A stretch of 64,000 bases of DNA, taken from positions 160,001 to 224,000 of the forward strand of contig JAVJQW010000019.1 of NCBI GenBank assembly GCA_040218735.1. Direction: 5' to 3'. Shown in pieces: positions 1-12,742 of this stretch (positions are counted from its first letter, which is position 1; each line of letters opens with the position of its first letter). This stretch comes from Deltaproteobacteria bacterium. Lineage in GTDB: Bacteria; Myxococcota; Kuafuiibacteriia; Kuafuiibacteriales; Kuafuiibacteriaceae. The translations under genes were made by a program, and so were the position numbers. Below the pieces are notes generated by a model that saw only the letters and a list, made by a program, of their open reading frames with translations, ran no database searches and was not told the origin of the DNA.

Positions 1-1881
1 GGTGGCGACGCCGCTCGGGTCCGAGACGTCGGCGCTCACGGTGACGGCGTTGTTCTCGAGCTGCCCGTTCGACACCGGCGTGTGGACGATCGTCGGCGCG
101 ATCCGGTCGATCGCCACCACCGAGAACGAGTGCACCGCGACCGGCGCCATCGCGGGCTCACGCGCGACGTTCGCCGGCGTCGCGTTGTCGGTGGCCTCGA
201 TGTAGTAGTCCATGCTGGTCGGCAGCACGGCGGCGGCGGGGATCTGGACGGAGTAGGTCGCGCCCGAAGCCGTCATCTCGACGCTGGTGAACAGCGTGTC
301 CTGCGAACGCTTGTAGTACAGCGTGACCTCCGACAGCCCGCTCGCGTCGGTGACGGCGGCGGTGACCATGACCGCGACGCCCTCTTGCTGGTCCTGCGGG
401 ACCGCGGTGTGCGTGATCGTCGGCGCCTGCATGTCGTCGGGCTGCACCGTGATCGAATGCAGGTTGGCCGGCGCGCCCGGCGGGTTCGTCGCGGCGTTCG
501 GCGTCGTCGCGGTGTCGTTCGCTCGAATGTAGTACTCGAGCCCCGGCAGCTGAACGGCGCTCGCGCCGACGGTCGCCTCATAGCGACCCGCACTCGCTTC
601 GATCATCGTGACGGAGCTGAACGGCGTCGCCCCCTCGGTGCGGTAGAACAGCGTGACGGTGCCGACGGAGGAGTCGGCGTCACTCACCGTCGCGGCGAGC
701 GGGACCGCGGTGCCCTCGGTGATCGGGCCCGTCGGCGGCGTGTGATCGATCGTCGGCGCCGTGGTGTCCGGCGTGCCCACGGTGATGGTCACGTCCTGCG
801 TCGTCTCGCCCTGGCCGTTCTCCGCGACGAGTGTGAGCGTGACGGTCGCGTCCAACATGATCGCCGTGCTCCCCGACGGCGTGCGCGGGAAGGCGGCGAT
901 CGGCGTACCGTCGCCGTGTAGGTCGACGGTGTCCGCGTCGGCGGTGTTCCAAGTGACCGTCACGTTGCCGGGCGCCGCGAGCGAAGTCGGCGTCACCGTG
1001 AACGTCACGATCTGGGGGCTGCCGGGCTCGAGGACCGTCACCGTGACCGTCGCGACGTCGCTCCCGACCTCGCCGTTCGCGACGAGCATGTACGTCGTGG
1101 TGTCGGTCGGCGTGATGGAGCGCGTGCCCGTCACCGGCCCGTTCATGAGGATGACGTTCTGCTGCGTGTCGGTGATCTCGACCGACGTCGCGTTCGACAC
1201 TTCCCAGGACAACGTCGTCGGCCCGCCGGTGGTCTGGCTGGGGTTGGCCTCGAACCGGACGACGGTCGGCTCGGTTCCGACGAAGACGTTGGTCGTGTCG
1301 CGCACCGGACCGCCTTTGCCCTCGGCGACGATCTCGTAGGTGGTGTTGGCGGTGGGGGTGACGGTGACCTCGCCGGTCGCCGCGGCGGCGGGGACGAGGA
1401 CGGCGCCGCCCTGCTCTTGGATCGTGACGGCGGTGGCGCCGGCCGTGCGCCAGCGGAGCGTGGCGGAGGCGCCGGGCGCGATGATGCCGGGGTCTGCGGT
1501 GAACTCGAGGATGGAGACCTCGCCGGTGCCGACGCTCACCACGACGGTGCGGCGGGTGTCGCCGGCTTCCGAGCTCGCGACGAGGGTGAACGTGGTGTCG
1601 CCGTCGAGCGGACCGACGGTGACTTCGCCGGAGAGGACGTCGGTGACGCCGAGCGCGTCCGGGGCGATGGAGACGACGTCGGCGTTACGCACCGCGTAGC
1701 GGAGGACCGTGGATTCACCCGGGGCGATCGTGGGGTTGTCCACCGTGAACGTGTCGATGATCGGGAAGCTCGCCGGCGGTTTGTCGTCGGGGGGCGGGAG
1801 GCGCTCCGGAGCCGGGCACGCCTGGACCGCCGCGGCGGCCAAGCAAAGCGCGAATGTCGTTCGAATCCTGAGGGTCCCCAT
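1..1881 (-). CDS. Large surface lipoprotein with tandem Ig-like repeats (partial, runs off window start)
   Basis: Absent from the ORF track because there is no stop in the window. Hand translation from ATG at 1881 gives MGTLRIRTTFALCLAAAAVQAC (lipobox-like Cys). Four ~85-aa FT/E..P..I..G...L.W/Y beta-sandwich repeats follow, then three ~110-aa D..APTI.HT...VTL(F/Y)Y..YYI.A.D repeats, the last cut by the window edge. Confidence 0.8.
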   Translation of the reverse strand, partial: MGTLRIRTTFALCLAAAAVQACPAPERLPPPDDKPPASFPIIDTFTVDNPTIAPGESTVLRYAVRNADVVSIAPDALGVTDVLSGEVTVGPLDGDTTFTLVASSEAGDTRRTVVVSVGTGEVSILEFTADPGIIAPGASATLRWRTAGATAVTIQEQGGAVLVPAAAATGEVTVTPTANTTYEIVAEGKGGPVRDTTNVFVGTEPTVVRFEANPSQTTGGPTTLSWEVSNATSVEITDTQQNVILMNGPVTGTRSITPTDTTTYMLVANGEVGSDVATVTVTVLEPGSPQIVTFTVTPTSLAAPGNVTVTWNTADADTVDLHGDGTPIAAFPRTPSGSTAIMLDATVTLTLVAENGQGETTQDVTITVGTPDTTAPTIDHTPPTGPITEGTAVPLAATVSDADSSVGTVTLFYRTEGATPFSSVTMIEASAGRYEATVGASAVQLPGLEYYIRANDTATTPNAATNPPGAPANLHSITVQPDDMQAPTITHTAVPQDQQEGVAVMVTAAVTDASGLSEVTLYYKRSQDTLFTSVEMTASGATYSVQIPAAAVLPTSMDYYIEATDNATPANVAREPAMAPVAVHSFSVVAIDRIAPTIVHTPVSNGQLENNAVTVSADVSDPSGVAT

Positions 1882-1979
1882 CGCGTCGGTTATTACGTGC
1901 ACCACCGGTCGGATCTACCGCACCCCGGGACCCTTGGTCGGACATTTGACCGACATTTACCCCGAGATTGGATAGGTTG

Positions 1980-3524
1980 ATGGTGAGTCGGCCCGTGTTG
2001 TTCCCGTTCGCTCTCCTCCTCGCCGCCGCGCCCGAGCCACCGACGGCCATCGAACCCGCGATCTCGGCGCCCAAGGGGGCCTCGTGCGCGCTGTCGGTCC
2101 ACACCGATCCGTGCCGGAAGGGCGACTGCGAAGCGGGCGGGGGGACGACGCGCGTCGAGGTGCCGGCGGGTCGGTACCTCGTCTTCGCGCGGTGTGAGCT
2201 CGGAGACGCCGTGCTCGCGCCGCCGCCGGTCTCGGTGACGGTGAAGGCGGAGCAGGTCGCGCGCCCGAAGATCTTGGTCGAGCGCGCGCAGATGCGCCTG
2301 GAGTCGAGGCGTGGCGGCGTGCTGCTGCCCGCGCACGTCGACGTGTACCCGGCGAGGAGCAACTTCGAAGGGGAGTCGCTGGTCCGGCTCCCGTCGAACC
2401 GCACCGTGTCGATCGCTCCCGGGCGCTACGACCTGCTCGTGACCCTCGCCGATGACGACGCGCCGCGCGCGGAGGTCGCGCTTCGGAACGTCACGGTCAC
2501 CGCGAAGAGGAAGGCGGTGTTCTCGACGGACCTGTCGGACGGCGGCGTGGTCGTGCGCGCGCGGTGCGACGGCCGAACCGCCGAGGCCGCGGTCCGGGCG
2601 TTCATCGCGGGGCGGGAGCGCGACGTCGGGAGTGTCACGTCGGGGGAGGAGCTGCGGCTGCCGCCGGGGCGGTACCGCATCGACACGGAGCTGCTGTCGA
2701 GCTTCGACTACGCGACGAACCGTAAGGACGTCTGGATCCAGCCGGGTCGAACGCAGAAGATCACGGAGGCGTTCACGACGGGGGAGTTGGCGGTCTCGGT
2801 GACGGCCGACGGCGCCGCGGTGCCCGCGACGGTGCGCATCTCGCGGCCGGGCGCGGCGGACTTCTTCAACTACTTCGAAGCGCCCGGGCCGGTGACACTC
2901 TCGCCGGGGCGTTACACGGTCGCGATCGACGCGGCCGCAGCGGGACCGCTCGGGGAGCAACGCCGCGACGTGGAGGTGCGGCGCAAGCGCACGACGAAGG
3001 AGCGCATCGACTTCACGCGCGCGACGCTGGTCGTTCGGGTGGTGAAGAACGGTCGACCGGTGGGGTTCGCGGAGGTGCGTGTCCACGGAGCGGGTGGCGG
3101 TGACGCGGTGAAGCCGCAGGCGGACGGTGCGTTTCGTTTGTGGCCGGGGCGTTACGAGATCACGGCGAAGCTCGAGTCGGGGGCGACGCTCACCGACGGG
3201 CCGTTCGATGTCGCGCTCGGCGAGAAGGTCACGCGCCAGCTCGCCTTCGACCGCGCGTTCCTCACGGTGCGCGCGCGCCGAGGATCGACCGCGGTGTCGG
3301 CGACGGTGTTCGTCTACAAACACGGCGCGACGAAGCCCCTGGCCGAGGGCCCGACGGACGTCCGCATCGAGGTCCGCCCGGGCGTCTACGACCTGAAGGT
3401 CGTCGCGGGGCCCGACTCACGTTGGCAGCAGAACGTGAAGATCGACGACTCGAAGACGGTCACGATCGACCTCCCGGAGGAAGCGGAAGCCGAGCTCCCG
3501 GAGGGCGACGCCGAGCCGGAGTGA
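1980..3524 (+). CDS. Secreted protein with repeated beta-sandwich (PEGA/carboxypeptidase-regulatory-like) modules
   Basis: Signal-peptide-like N-terminus (VLFPFALLLAAA) and six recurring (P/A)G(R/V)Y motifs spaced about 80-95 aa apart. Confidence 0.7.
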   Translation: MVSRPVLFPFALLLAAAPEPPTAIEPAISAPKGASCALSVHTDPCRKGDCEAGGGTTRVEVPAGRYLVFARCELGDAVLAPPPVSVTVKAEQVARPKILVERAQMRLESRRGGVLLPAHVDVYPARSNFEGESLVRLPSNRTVSIAPGRYDLLVTLADDDAPRAEVALRNVTVTAKRKAVFSTDLSDGGVVVRARCDGRTAEAAVRAFIAGRERDVGSVTSGEELRLPPGRYRIDTELLSSFDYATNRKDVWIQPGRTQKITEAFTTGELAVSVTADGAAVPATVRISRPGAADFFNYFEAPGPVTLSPGRYTVAIDAAAAGPLGEQRRDVEVRRKRTTKERIDFTRATLVVRVVKNGRPVGFAEVRVHGAGGGDAVKPQADGAFRLWPGRYEITAKLESGATLTDGPFDVALGEKVTRQLAFDRAFLTVRARRGSTAVSATVFVYKHGATKPLAEGPTDVRIEVRPGVYDLKVVAGPDSRWQQNVKIDDSKTVTIDLPEEAEAELPEGDAEPE

Positions 3525-3525
3525 C

Positions 3526-4626
3526 TCACCCGCCGATGCGGGACATGTCGACGCCGTGGTGGCGGTCGACGCCGTCCACGTAGAACTCGTGGCCGTCGCC
3601 CTTGCCGAACAGCGACTGGCTGACGGCTTCGAGGAGGCCGTCGTCGGTGCGGCCGTCGCGCAGGAGCGTGCGGAGCGGGAGGCCCGACGGCGACGCGAGG
3701 CACGCCCGGATCTCGCCGCGCGCCGTGATGCGGACGCGGTTGCAGCGATGGCAGAAGTTCTCCGTCACCGCGCCGATGAAGCCGACGCGTCGGCCGCTGC
3801 CGTCCGCGGCTTCGACGTAGCCGGCCGGGCCGCGATCCATGCGGTAGGTCGGGTCGTTCTCGTTCGCGAGTAGGCCGACGAGCGACCGCTTCATCTCGGC
3901 GACCGGGACGACGGCGTCTGCGCCGAGGCGCGCGCCTTCGCCGAGGGGCATCAGCTCGATGAAGCGCGGGACGATGCCGCGCGCCCACGCCCACTCGACG
4001 TTCTCGGCGAGCACGTCGTCGTTTGCGCCGCGCACGACGACGGCGTTGGTCTTCATCTCGGTGACGCCGGCTTCGAGCGCCGCGTCGATGCCACGAACGA
4101 CGCGGGTGAGATCTCCGCCGCGGGTCATCTTCGCGAACCGATCCGGGTCCACGCTGTCGAGGGACACGTTGATGCGCGAGAGCCCCGCGTCGATCAGCGG
4201 GCGCGCGAGGTGGTCGAGCGCGGTGGCGTTGGTGGTCAGCGCGATGTCCTGGATCCCGGCGTCTTCCCGGAGCATCCGCACGAGGTCCGCGAGGTTCTTG
4301 CGGATGAGCGGCTCACCGCCGGTCAGGCGAATGGTCTCGACGCCGAGGCGCGCGAACACCCGCGCGACGCGGACGATCTCCTCGAACGAGAGCACGTCTT
4401 CGCGCGGCGACGCGGGCACGCCCTCCTCGGGCATGCAGTAGGTGCAGCGCAGGTCGCAGCGGTCGGTGACCGAGAGCCGCAGATACCGCAGGCGACGGCC
4501 CTGGCGATCGGCGAGCCAGCCCGGATACCCGACGGTGCCCCGCGCGGCGAGCGGCACGGGATCGGCGGTCGCGTCCGTGGGGAGGGGCGCGTCGGTGTCC
4601 CCACAGATGATCGGGAGGCGGCTCAC
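3526..4626 (-). CDS. moaA: GTP 3',8-cyclase (molybdenum cofactor biosynthesis)
   Basis: YLRLSVTDRCDLRCTYCMP radical SAM motif, TGGEP, C-terminal FCHRCNRVR..C cluster, terminal MSRIGG. Confidence 0.96.
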   Translation of the reverse strand: MSRLPIICGDTDAPLPTDATADPVPLAARGTVGYPGWLADRQGRRLRYLRLSVTDRCDLRCTYCMPEEGVPASPREDVLSFEEIVRVARVFARLGVETIRLTGGEPLIRKNLADLVRMLREDAGIQDIALTTNATALDHLARPLIDAGLSRINVSLDSVDPDRFAKMTRGGDLTRVVRGIDAALEAGVTEMKTNAVVVRGANDDVLAENVEWAWARGIVPRFIELMPLGEGARLGADAVVPVAEMKRSLVGLLANENDPTYRMDRGPAGYVEAADGSGRRVGFIGAVTENFCHRCNRVRITARGEIRACLASPSGLPLRTLLRDGRTDDGLLEAVSQSLFGKGDGHEFYVDGVDRHHGVDMSRIGG

Positions 4627-4721
4627 GGGCGGAAGCGAGCCTACGCGGATGAAATCGACAACGCTACCTGTTCGATCCCCGTTGACACGGCGCGTAACGC
4701 CGGGAGGGATCGACGAAAGCC

Positions 4722-5897
4722 ATGGCCGCGATGAACAAAGACACGCTGATCGAGCAGACGAAGGCCCGCATCCAGGAGGCCTCCGTCGAAGAGGTCCGAA
4801 CGCGCCTCGAGGCGAACCCCAACGTGGTCCTGGTGGACGTGCGGGAAGCGGACGAGGTCGCGACGGGGATCATCGCCGGCGCCAAACACATCCCGCGCGG
4901 GTTCTTGGAGCTGCGCATCGAGAACGTCGAGCGCAACCGCGACGCCGAGATGGTCGTGTACTGCGCGGGCGGGACGCGCAGCGCGCTCGCGGTGCGGTCG
5001 CTCGAGGAGCTCGGCTACACGAACGTGACCTCGATGAAGGGCGGCTTCAACGGCTGGAAGAACGCGGGGTTCCCGTGGAAGGTCGAGGAGCAGCTCTCCC
5101 CCAACCAGAAGATCCGCTACTCGCGGCACCTGCTCCTCCCCGAGGTCGGTGAAGAGGGCCAAAAGAAGCTCCTCGACGCGAAGGTCCTGCTCGTCGGCGC
5201 GGGCGGGCTCGGGTCCCCGTCGGCGTTCTATCTCGCCGCGGCGGGGATCGGGCACATCGGGATCGTCGACCCGGACGTCGTCGACTTCTCGAACCTGCAG
5301 CGTCAGATCCTGCACCGCGACGCGGACGCGGGGGTCCCGAAGGTCGACAGCGCCGAGCGCGCGATGAAGGACCTGAACCCGGACATCAAGGTCACGAAGT
5401 ACCAGGACCTGCTGACGTCGCAGAACATCATGCAGATCCTCGACGAGGGCTACCAGATCGTCGTCGACGGCTGCGACAACTTCCAGACGCGCTACCTGAT
5501 CAACGACGCGTGTGTCTTCCGCGGCATCCCGAACGTGCACGGATCGATCTTCCAGTTCGAGGGCCAAGCCTCGGTCTTCGCGCCGAGCCTCGGCGGCCCC
5601 TGCTACCGCTGCCTCTACCCCGAGCCGCCGCCGCCCGGGATGGCGCCGAGCTGCGCGGAGGCGGGTGTGATCGGCGCGCTGCCGGGGATCGTCGGGACGA
5701 TCCAGGCGATGGAGACGATCAAGATCATCCTCGGCGAGGGCAACCCGCTCGCCGGTCGACTGCTCCAGTTCGACGCGCTGGAGATGAAGTGGCGCGAGCT
5801 CAAGCTGCACCGCGACCCGAGCTGCCCCGTGTGCGGCGAGAAGCCGACGGTGACCGAGCTGATCGACTACGAGGCCTTCTGCCAAGTGAACGCGTGA
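4722..5897 (+). CDS. moeB: Molybdopterin-synthase adenylyltransferase (MoeB/MoeZ type) with N-terminal rhodanese domain
   Basis: Rhodanese motifs DVRE and YCAGGTRS, then ThiF-family RYSRH, GAGGLG, SNLQRQ, CYRC and CPVC. Confidence 0.92.
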   Translation: MAAMNKDTLIEQTKARIQEASVEEVRTRLEANPNVVLVDVREADEVATGIIAGAKHIPRGFLELRIENVERNRDAEMVVYCAGGTRSALAVRSLEELGYTNVTSMKGGFNGWKNAGFPWKVEEQLSPNQKIRYSRHLLLPEVGEEGQKKLLDAKVLLVGAGGLGSPSAFYLAAAGIGHIGIVDPDVVDFSNLQRQILHRDADAGVPKVDSAERAMKDLNPDIKVTKYQDLLTSQNIMQILDEGYQIVVDGCDNFQTRYLINDACVFRGIPNVHGSIFQFEGQASVFAPSLGGPCYRCLYPEPPPPGMAPSCAEAGVIGALPGIVGTIQAMETIKIILGEGNPLAGRLLQFDALEMKWRELKLHRDPSCPVCGEKPTVTELIDYEAFCQVNA

Positions 5898-5908
5898 TAT
5901 CCTGAGGC

Positions 5909-6472
5909 ATGGTCGAGCCGGGCCAACGGAGGGCGACGTACCAGGATGTCCTGGACGCACCACCGAATCAGATCGCGCAGGTCGTGGACGGAGAGCTGTG
6001 GCTTCAGCCACGGCCGAACGTCGGGCACGCCAATGCCGCGACCGAGCTGACCACCCAGATTCGCGCAGCCTTCGGTCGCCGCCACCACGGGCACGGTGGG
6101 TGGCACATCCTGTTCGAGCCCGAGCTTCACCTCTCGGGCAACATCCTCGTACCGGACGTCGCGGGCTGGCGGCGGGAGTCCGTCGCGGAGCTCGACCGCG
6201 TCGCTGCCTACTTCGACACGCGCCCCGACTGGGTCTGCGAGATCCTCTCCCCCTCCACGCAGGTCCTCGATCGCTCCCGCAAGATGGACTTGTATGCCGC
6301 GGAAGGCGTGGGCCACCTCTGGTTCGTCGACCCCGCGGCGAAGATGCTCGAGGCGTACCAACGCAGCGCCGACGGCTGGCTCCGCCTCGGCACCTGGTCG
6401 GAAGACGCCACCCCCCACGTCGCCCCGTTCGACGCCCTCGATCTCGAGCTCGCCCTCCTCTGGGAGGATTGA
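5909..6472 (+). CDS. Uma2 family (DUF820) putative endonuclease
   Basis: QPRP..H, EPELHL, VPDVAGW, PDWVCEILSPST, K..LYA..GV..LWFVDP. Confidence 0.9.
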   Translation: MVEPGQRRATYQDVLDAPPNQIAQVVDGELWLQPRPNVGHANAATELTTQIRAAFGRRHHGHGGWHILFEPELHLSGNILVPDVAGWRRESVAELDRVAAYFDTRPDWVCEILSPSTQVLDRSRKMDLYAAEGVGHLWFVDPAAKMLEAYQRSADGWLRLGTWSEDATPHVAPFDALDLELALLWED

Positions 6473-6474
6473 GT

Positions 6475-9685
<3,211 letters not shown>

Positions 9686-9777
9686 TCAAGCTACCACGGA
9701 GGCACCACGCTCGGAAGGGAAAAGTAGCTTGAGCGCCGCGGACTTAGAGCCAAGAATGCGACGCCGAGAACGCCCGG

Positions 9778-11283
9778 ATGATCCCCCCTTCGCACCCTCG
9801 ATCCGGCCTCCTCGATCCCGTCCTCGGACTCGCCGCGATCGCCGCCGTCGCCGCCCACGCGTGGATGCTCTTCGTCGGCCGCTACCTCCCCTTCATCGAC
9901 TGGTCGAATCACCTCGGGCTCATCGCGATCCTCGCTCACGGCGGCGACGCCCTCACCTTCGCCGAGCGCTCCTTCGCCCCGACGCCGTACTGGCTCTTCT
10001 ACATGACCACCGCCGCCTTCGCGCAGGTCGTCTCGGTCGAGGCCGCCGCGAAGCTCACCTTCCTCGCCGCCACCGCCGCCACCACCCTCGCCACCGCCGA
10101 CCTCGCACGCACCTGCGGACGGGATCCCCGCATCGCCGCCATCGCCCCGCTCGCGATGTTCTCGGTCGCGCTCGGCTACGGGTTCGCCGCGTGGGTCTGC
10201 GGCGTGTGGACCGTGCCGCTTGTCCTCGCCGCCGTCGAACGCGCGCTCGACGCGCCGACCCGAACACGAACCGCGCTCCTCGCCGCGGCCTGGACCACCT
10301 GCTTCCTCGCGCACGCGCTCCTCTTCCTGTTCGTCTCCGTCGCGCTCACGCTCCGGGTCGTCGTCGACCTGCTCGGCCGCGGCCGCAGCGAAGCCGCCGG
10401 CCGCCTCCGCGCGGTCGCCGTCGCCGCGGCCCCCGCGTTCCTCGTCGGCCTGGTCACCGTCGCGCGCCTCGAACCCGGGTCCTCACCGACCCAGTGGGCG
10501 CACTTCGAACCGACGGCCTGGTCCCTCGCGCGCCTCGGCAGCGACCTCCTCCAGCGCGGCGACGACCGCCACGTCTACACGATGCTCGCCGCCCTCGCGT
10601 GGTGGATCGGGTTGCTGTTCCTCGGCGCGCGACAACGACGACACGCCCGCCGCGGCACGGTCGCCCTCGCGCTGTACGCCGGGCTCGCCGGCGGCCTCTA
10701 CGCCTTCGGCCCGATGACCCTCGAACACCCCGTCGAAGTCTGGATGCTCGCCCCGCGCTTCGGCGCGATCGCCGCGCTGTTCCTCTTCCTCCTCCCCACC
10801 GCCTCGCTCCGTTCCCGCGCCGGCCTGATCTGGGTCGGCGCCGCGCTCGCGTTGCTCTTCGCCAACGCCGCGCTCAACCGCCAGATGATCGCGAAGTTCG
10901 ATCGCATCGGCCAGCGCTACGATCCGGTGCGAAGGCACATCCCGCGCGGCGCAACCTACCTTGCGCTCACGCTCGTCCCGCCGGGCGACCTCGCGACCTA
11001 CCACCCCGCCGTGCAGTCGCTCTTCTTCCACCACCTCTGCGACGGCGCCGCGTACACCGCCTACCTCTTCGACAACCCCCTGCACCCCGTTCGCCCGAAA
11101 CAACCGCGGCCCCCCGCGCCCCCCTGGCGCGACGTCGCGAGCTACGCCCCGGACGTGCACGGCGTCGCGTACGACTTCCTCGTGTTGCGCGGCGCGCTCC
11201 TCGTCGAGCGTACGAAGGACGCGGGCCGCCACCGCCTCGTCGCCGAGGAGAACGGCTGGTTCGTGTTCGAGACGGTGCGCTGA
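9778..11283 (+). CDS. Polytopic membrane protein, possibly a GT-C-fold glycosyltransferase
   Basis: About 10-12 hydrophobic segments, first loop YLPFIDWSNH, soluble C-terminal domain ending YDFLVLR..GW.VFE. Confidence 0.6.
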   Translation: MIPPSHPRSGLLDPVLGLAAIAAVAAHAWMLFVGRYLPFIDWSNHLGLIAILAHGGDALTFAERSFAPTPYWLFYMTTAAFAQVVSVEAAAKLTFLAATAATTLATADLARTCGRDPRIAAIAPLAMFSVALGYGFAAWVCGVWTVPLVLAAVERALDAPTRTRTALLAAAWTTCFLAHALLFLFVSVALTLRVVVDLLGRGRSEAAGRLRAVAVAAAPAFLVGLVTVARLEPGSSPTQWAHFEPTAWSLARLGSDLLQRGDDRHVYTMLAALAWWIGLLFLGARQRRHARRGTVALALYAGLAGGLYAFGPMTLEHPVEVWMLAPRFGAIAALFLFLLPTASLRSRAGLIWVGAALALLFANAALNRQMIAKFDRIGQRYDPVRRHIPRGATYLALTLVPPGDLATYHPAVQSLFFHHLCDGAAYTAYLFDNPLHPVRPKQPRPPAPPWRDVASYAPDVHGVAYDFLVLRGALLVERTKDAGRHRLVAEENGWFVFETVR

Positions 11284-11284
11284 A

Positions 11285-12733
11285 TCAGGAGAGCTGCACC
11301 GCGAGCGCGACCCCCGCGGCGAGGACCGCGGCGACCCCGAGCACGAGCAAGGTCGTGCGCAGGAGGTGAGGCGGCTTCGCAGGCGTCGGCGGCGGGACCT
11401 GCACCGTCGCGGCGGCGGCGTCCGGGATGACCGGGAGCGTGTCGAGCATGCCGGAGTCGTCGTCGGGTCCTCCCATCACCGGCGTCACCGCGAGCGGCGA
11501 CGCGTCGAACGCGACCAACGCATCGTCACCGGGGCCGACGGTCGCACGCAGGACGCCGTGGTCGACGTCCGGACGCGTCGTAGGCGCGGCGGGGATCGAC
11601 CGCGGAGGCTTCGTGTCATCGACGTCGTCGGGGAGTGGGGTCTCGGGGGTCGGCGGACCGAAGTCGAGCGGCACGAGCGTCGGCCCGGAGGCGTCTTCAG
11701 GCGTGGGATCGGACATCAGCTCCGACGCCTCGATCGGTGAAGGCGGCCCCGCGGGGAGGATCGTCTCGGCCGCCGGCCGCGCGACCAACGGGAGCGTAGC
11801 GAGGAGCTCCTCCCCCGACTCCGCACCACTGCGCTCATCCCGAGCGGCGAGGGGCGCGACGAGCTGACCCGGGAGCACGACGCCCGCGGTGTGGTCGAGC
11901 GCCCGGTGCACGTTCTCGAACGCCTCGGCGACGGCCGCTGCGGTCGGCAAGCGGTCCTCGGGATCGTAGGCGAGGAGCTGGTTCAGGAGCGCTTCGAGCC
12001 GCGGCTCCCACCGCACCTCGGGGCGAACGGCGGAGAGGGTGTGCGGGGTCTTGGTCAGCGTCGCGACGACGAGCGCGTTGGCGTCGGCGCCGTCGTACGG
12101 GAACCGCTGCGTGAGCATCGAGAACCCGAGGATGCCCAGCGCGAAGATGTCGGAGCTCGCGGACACCGCGCCGCCGCGGCACTGCTCGGGGGACATGAAC
12201 CCGGGCGTCCCGAAGATCTGCATCGGCGCGGTGATGCGTTCGTGGTCGACGAGCTTCGCGATGCCGAAGTCGAGGACCTTCACGACGTCCTCTTCGCCGA
12301 CGCGCTCCAGGAAGATGTTCGCGAGCTTGAGGTCGCGGTGCACGATGCCGCGGCGGTGCGCTTCGTCGAGGGAGCGCGCGATGGGGATCAACGTGTCCAC
12401 GGTTTGGAGCTGCGAGAGGGGCCCGCGCTCGAGGCGCGCGAGGAGCGTCTCCCCTTCGAGGAACTCCGTGACGACGTAGAGCCGACCGTCGTCGGTGCGG
12501 CCGGTGTCGAACATGCGGATCGTGTTGGGGTGGCGGAGCGTGCCGATGATGGCGGCTTCGTTCTCGAAGCGCGTGACGGCGTTGTGTGAGCTGAGCGCCG
12601 AGGGGAGCAGCACTTTGACCGCGACGTCGCGGCCCTGCGCGGAGATCTGCCGCGCGCGGTACACGACGCCGATGCCCCCGCGGCCGACCTCCTCGGCGAT
12701 CTCGTAGCGCCCGTCGAGCGTCTGCCCGATCAC
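11285..12733 (-). CDS. Ser/Thr protein kinase with Pro-rich linker and C-terminal membrane anchor
   Basis: GRGGIG, VAVK, HRDLKLAN, DFG, GTPGFMSPE; terminal hydrophobic helix. Confidence 0.93.
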   Translation of the reverse strand: MIGQTLDGRYEIAEEVGRGGIGVVYRARQISAQGRDVAVKVLLPSALSSHNAVTRFENEAAIIGTLRHPNTIRMFDTGRTDDGRLYVVTEFLEGETLLARLERGPLSQLQTVDTLIPIARSLDEAHRRGIVHRDLKLANIFLERVGEEDVVKVLDFGIAKLVDHERITAPMQIFGTPGFMSPEQCRGGAVSASSDIFALGILGFSMLTQRFPYDGADANALVVATLTKTPHTLSAVRPEVRWEPRLEALLNQLLAYDPEDRLPTAAAVAEAFENVHRALDHTAGVVLPGQLVAPLAARDERSGAESGEELLATLPLVARPAAETILPAGPPSPIEASELMSDPTPEDASGPTLVPLDFGPPTPETPLPDDVDDTKPPRSIPAAPTTRPDVDHGVLRATVGPGDDALVAFDASPLAVTPVMGGPDDDSGMLDTLPVIPDAAAATVQVPPPTPAKPPHLLRTTLLVLGVAAVLAAGVALAVQLS

Positions 12734-12742
12734 CGGGGGATC

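Noticed and set aside
82-1980. Plus-strand ORFs over the first 2 kb, and the many long Arg/Pro-rich ORFs throughout the track (e.g. 9672-11369, 12899-14491, 33047-36778)
   Set aside because: Shadow frames of real genes in high-GC DNA; no motifs and wrong codon-position bias.
3526-6472. MoeB/ThiF plus radical SAM plus Uma2 nuclease as a ubiquitin-like defence or RiPP system
   Set aside because: Both enzymes carry canonical Moco-biosynthesis signatures; no E2, JAB, Ubl or precursor gene is adjacent, and Uma2 genes are commonly scattered.
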